The translations under genes were made by a program, and so were the position numbers. Positions 60,797 through 64,000 of a stretch of DNA of 64,000 nt are shown piece by piece. Every line of letters begins with the position of its first letter. Position 1 is the first letter of the stretch. The notes beneath the pieces were generated by a model. That model saw nothing but the letters and a program-made list of their open reading frames with translations. It was not told the DNA's origin and searched no databases. Origin of the DNA: Ignavibacteriota bacterium (lineage in GTDB: Bacteria > Bacteroidota > Ignavibacteria > UBA10030 > CAVZMI01); contig CAVZMI010000020.1 of the NCBI GenBank assembly GCA_963776275.1, positions 224,001 to 288,000 of the forward strand, given 5' to 3'.

Positions 60797-63700
60797 ATGA
60801 AACTTACTGAACTGGCTCTCAAACGCCCGGCATTCATGACGATGATCTTCGTGGCATTTGCGGTCCTCGGCATCTTCGGTTATACACGCATGGGCGTTGA
60901 CCTTCTGCCTGCAATGGATTGGCCGATGGTATCGGTCGTGACCGTATATCCCGGTGCGGGCCCGAAAGAAATCGAATCGCTTGTCAGCAAACCTATAGAG
61001 GAAGCGGTGAGTGCCGTGGAACAGCTCGACAATGTCCGATCGTATTCATATGAGGGTGTTTCGGTCGTCCTTGCACAATTTAAATTTTCGGTTACAGTCG
61101 ATGAAGTAACGAACGAAGTCCAGCGGCGCGTCGGACAGGTGCAAAATAAATTACCAAGAGAGGCATACACTCCACGCGTCTCAAAAGCCGATTTGAATTC
61201 ATTTCCAATTCTTCGTGTATCAACAACCGGAAATATGGAGCCGAGAGAGCTTTACCAATTCACAAAGGACAGAATAAAACCCTCTCTCGAACAGGTAGAA
61301 GGTGTTTCTGCTGTCACGATCGTCGGTGGCCAGGAACGTGAAATTCGTGTCGAAGTCGACAACCAGAAGCTTCGTGCGTACGGATTATCAATATTACAGG
61401 TATCCCAGGCCCTCGCCCGCGAGAATCTGGATTTCCCGACCGGTAAGGTCGATGAACGTCTGAATCAATATATTGTCCGCCTTGCCGGAAAATTCAAATC
61501 AGTCGAAGAATTGAAAAATATGGTGGTGTCGGCAACACCCGCCGGGACGATCTATCTAAAAGACATTGCCGACGTGAAGGATACTCATAAAGAAGATTTC
61601 ACATTCAGCCGCTTGAACGGCGAAAGCTCCATTGCGCTGACGATCCAGAAACAATCGGATGCAAACTCGGTGAAAACGAGCGACCGGCTAAGAGAGCGGA
61701 TGCAGCGGCTTGAGAAAGAGAATGGCGGCCGGATTCATTTTACAATTGCGCAGGATATCACCGACTTTACACGGGCTTCTCTCTCCAACGTCCAGCGCGA
61801 TCTTTTTCTTGCCATTATTATGGTGGCCGTTATTCTATTTTTATTCCTGAACAGCGTTCGGAATTCGTTAATCGTTCTTCTCGCTATTCCGACATCTCTA
61901 ATCTCGACTTTCTTTTTCATGTACCTGTTCAATTATACCTTGAACATGGTATCGACGATGGCGCTCGCGCTGGTGATCGGAATTCTGGTAGACGACTCGA
62001 TAGTGGTTCTCGAGAATATCCACCGCCATATCGAGCACGGTGAAGATCAACGGAGTGCAGCCATAAACGGGCGAAGTGAAATCGGATTTGCCGCTATTGC
62101 CATTACTCTCGTCGATGTCGTTGTTTTTCTCCCCATATCACTCGTCGGCGGCATGATAGGAAGAATCCTGGGTCAGTTTGGAATCACCATCGTGATTTCC
62201 ACATTGTTCTCATTACTTGTCTCTTTCACACTGACACCGCTTCTCGCTTCACGTTGGATGAAGATCGTTGAACATGTTAAGGGTTCCTGGATGGAACGGA
62301 TCACTACTATCCTCGAAGGATATCAGGTGCGGCTCGGAGAACGTTATCGAACGCTCCTCGCATGGTCGCTCGATCACCGACGGACTATTCTTGTAGTGAG
62401 CGGCGGACTTCTTATTATCAGTTTATCATTCGTTCCCCTCGGCTTCATCGGCTCGGAATTCATGACCGCAACCGACCGTGGTGAATTTGCCGTAAATTTT
62501 GATATGCCTCTTGGAACGACTATTGAAAAAACCGATGAAGCAATCAGCCGAGTTGAAAAGTACATTGCATCAATGCCGGAGGTTGATAGATATCTTTCAA
62601 CAATCGGGAAACAGCAGACTCAATGGAAAAATGCCGAACAATCGAATGTCGGGCAGACTCAGATCAAACTGATTAACAAATCAAAGCGGAAGAAGACGAC
62701 TGACGGCGTCATGAAAGATATTCAACGCTTTGCAGCAACTGTTCCCGGACTCAAAACAAATTTCAGCACCATGAGTATGTGGGGATCGGCAAATGCGTAT
62801 CCGTTTCAAGTCGAAATTATCGGCAGCGATTTACAGCAGGTGATCGCTTTTTCTGAAAAGGTCTCCGATATTATTGCCAATACAAAGGGAACCATGGATG
62901 TTACTTCATCCTGGGAGGAAGGAAAACCCGAGCTGAAGATTGAAGTCGACCGCGAGAAAGCCGCAAAGATGGGGCTGACTCTCGGCGAAATCGGCCTCGC
63001 CGTTCGAACGGCGATCGAAGGCGACATTGCCACGAAATATCAGGAAGGCGATACGGAATATGATACGCGCGTCGTTCTAAACAAGGCGAGCCGTATCAGT
63101 GCTGATGATGTCGGGAAGATTATATTACTCAACCATTACGGGCAGACAGTCCAGCTCGACCAGGTTGCAAAGATTTATCACGGCAAAGGCCCTATGGAAA
63201 TCCAACGGAAAAATCGTGAGCGGCTAGTTACGATCGCTTCAAACATATCGAAGGAGATATCGCTCGGTCAGGTAAACGCAGAGGTTGAAAAAACAATCAA
63301 CAAAGCAGGGATTCCTGCCGGAATTACGGTATTCTACGGCGGCGATACCGAGAATATGCGGGATATGTTCAGCGATATGTCGATTGCACTCACGCTGGCA
63401 ATACTATTTGTGTATATGATCATGGTGAGTTTATTCGAGTCGTACGTCCATCCGTTCACGATCATGTTTTCGTTACCGGTGGCGCTGGTAGGAGCGCTAA
63501 CCGGTCTTGCGATCACAGGCATTACATTGAGTATGCTCACGATGATCGGGATAATCATGCTGATGGGATTGGTGACGAAAAATGCCATTCTGCTTGTGGA
63601 CTTCACGAACACGCTGCGGTCACGCGGATATGCGATGCGCGAGGCGCTTCTTGAAGCGGGTAAGACACGTTTGCGGCCGATTCTCATGACGACCGCGACG

Positions 63701-63955
63701 ATGGTGTTCGGTATGATGCCGCTCGCATTCGCACTCGGTGCCGCTTCTGAAATGCGCCAGGGAATGGCGATCGTTGTGATCTGCGGTCTGACAAGCTCGA
63801 CTGTACTGACACTTGTTCTGGTCCCGGTCATCTACACGTACATGGAAGGATTGCGCGATAAGGTCCCTGCACTCTTCAAAAGAGTTGCATGGGCTTCTCA
63901 TTTGCCCTGGAAGGAACGGCCGGCGTCGGTGGCTGGCGAAGTACCTGTGAAATAG
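60797..63955 (+). CDS. RND efflux permease (AcrB/AcrD/AcrF family)
   Basis: ALKRP, YPGAGPKEIE, GILVDDSIVVLENI, GLVTKNAILLVD, RLRPILMTT. Confidence 0.97.
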   Translation: MKLTELALKRPAFMTMIFVAFAVLGIFGYTRMGVDLLPAMDWPMVSVVTVYPGAGPKEIESLVSKPIEEAVSAVEQLDNVRSYSYEGVSVVLAQFKFSVTVDEVTNEVQRRVGQVQNKLPREAYTPRVSKADLNSFPILRVSTTGNMEPRELYQFTKDRIKPSLEQVEGVSAVTIVGGQEREIRVEVDNQKLRAYGLSILQVSQALARENLDFPTGKVDERLNQYIVRLAGKFKSVEELKNMVVSATPAGTIYLKDIADVKDTHKEDFTFSRLNGESSIALTIQKQSDANSVKTSDRLRERMQRLEKENGGRIHFTIAQDITDFTRASLSNVQRDLFLAIIMVAVILFLFLNSVRNSLIVLLAIPTSLISTFFFMYLFNYTLNMVSTMALALVIGILVDDSIVVLENIHRHIEHGEDQRSAAINGRSEIGFAAIAITLVDVVVFLPISLVGGMIGRILGQFGITIVISTLFSLLVSFTLTPLLASRWMKIVEHVKGSWMERITTILEGYQVRLGERYRTLLAWSLDHRRTILVVSGGLLIISLSFVPLGFIGSEFMTATDRGEFAVNFDMPLGTTIEKTDEAISRVEKYIASMPEVDRYLSTIGKQQTQWKNAEQSNVGQTQIKLINKSKRKKTTDGVMKDIQRFAATVPGLKTNFSTMSMWGSANAYPFQVEIIGSDLQQVIAFSEKVSDIIANTKGTMDVTSSWEEGKPELKIEVDREKAAKMGLTLGEIGLAVRTAIEGDIATKYQEGDTEYDTRVVLNKASRISADDVGKIILLNHYGQTVQLDQVAKIYHGKGPMEIQRKNRERLVTIASNISKEISLGQVNAEVEKTINKAGIPAGITVFYGGDTENMRDMFSDMSIALTLAILFVYMIMVSLFESYVHPFTIMFSLPVALVGALTGLAITGITLSMLTMIGIIMLMGLVTKNAILLVDFTNTLRSRGYAMREALLEAGKTRLRPILMTTATMVFGMMPLAFALGAASEMRQGMAIVVICGLTSSTVLTLVLVPVIYTYMEGLRDKVPALFKRVAWASHLPWKERPASVAGEVPVK

Positions 63956-63959
63956 ACGA

Positions 63960-63997
63960 ACCTCTCTGTGTCTCCCCCTTGGAAAAGGGGGAGAGGT
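63960..63997. repeat. GC-rich palindrome directly after the RND stop (REP-like or terminator)
   Basis: TCTCCCCCTT-GGAA-AAGGGGGAGA perfect 10-bp stem; context truncated by the window end. Confidence 0.55.
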
Positions 63998-64000
63998 CTA

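Noticed and set aside
645-63901. Many short ORFs antisense to or nested within identified genes (e.g. 21952-22668, 24083-24727, 43980-44567)
   Set aside because: Shadow ORFs overlapping well-supported genes, with no motifs of their own

Overview
A gene-dense chromosomal window from an FCB-group bacterium. The gene set and order (PorV/T9SS genes, Bacteroidota-type rpoZ, DUF4175/DUF4159, DUF2851, an atp cluster without atpD/atpC) point to Ignavibacteriota or a close relative. It carries mostly housekeeping genes: yicC-gmk-rpoZ-coaBC-udg-dnaB, nfo, trpB2, atpZIBEFHAG, dxr-rseP, an ECF sigma/anti-sigma pair and a TetR-TolC-MFP-RND efflux operon. I recognised no rRNA, tRNA, CRISPR array, prophage or transposase. 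About a dozen genes, including essential dnaB and dxr, are split by small indels, most likely uncorrected long-read errors. The most notable signals are: (1) a ~250-nt leader with three mutually exclusive helices (riboswitch/attenuator architecture, no family I recognise) in front of the flippase-porV-pseudoprotease operon; (2) a trypsin-like lipoprotein protease next to a free-standing lipoprotein copy of its own N-terminal domain; (3) two hairpins sharing an AGCAUUAUA loop motif flanking a FecR-domain gene; (4) a complete Trp leader-peptide attenuator before trpB2; (5) a DnaA-box cluster; (6) nested REP-like palindromes, one inside the tolC coding region. All calls were made by eye; no searches or folding programs were run.
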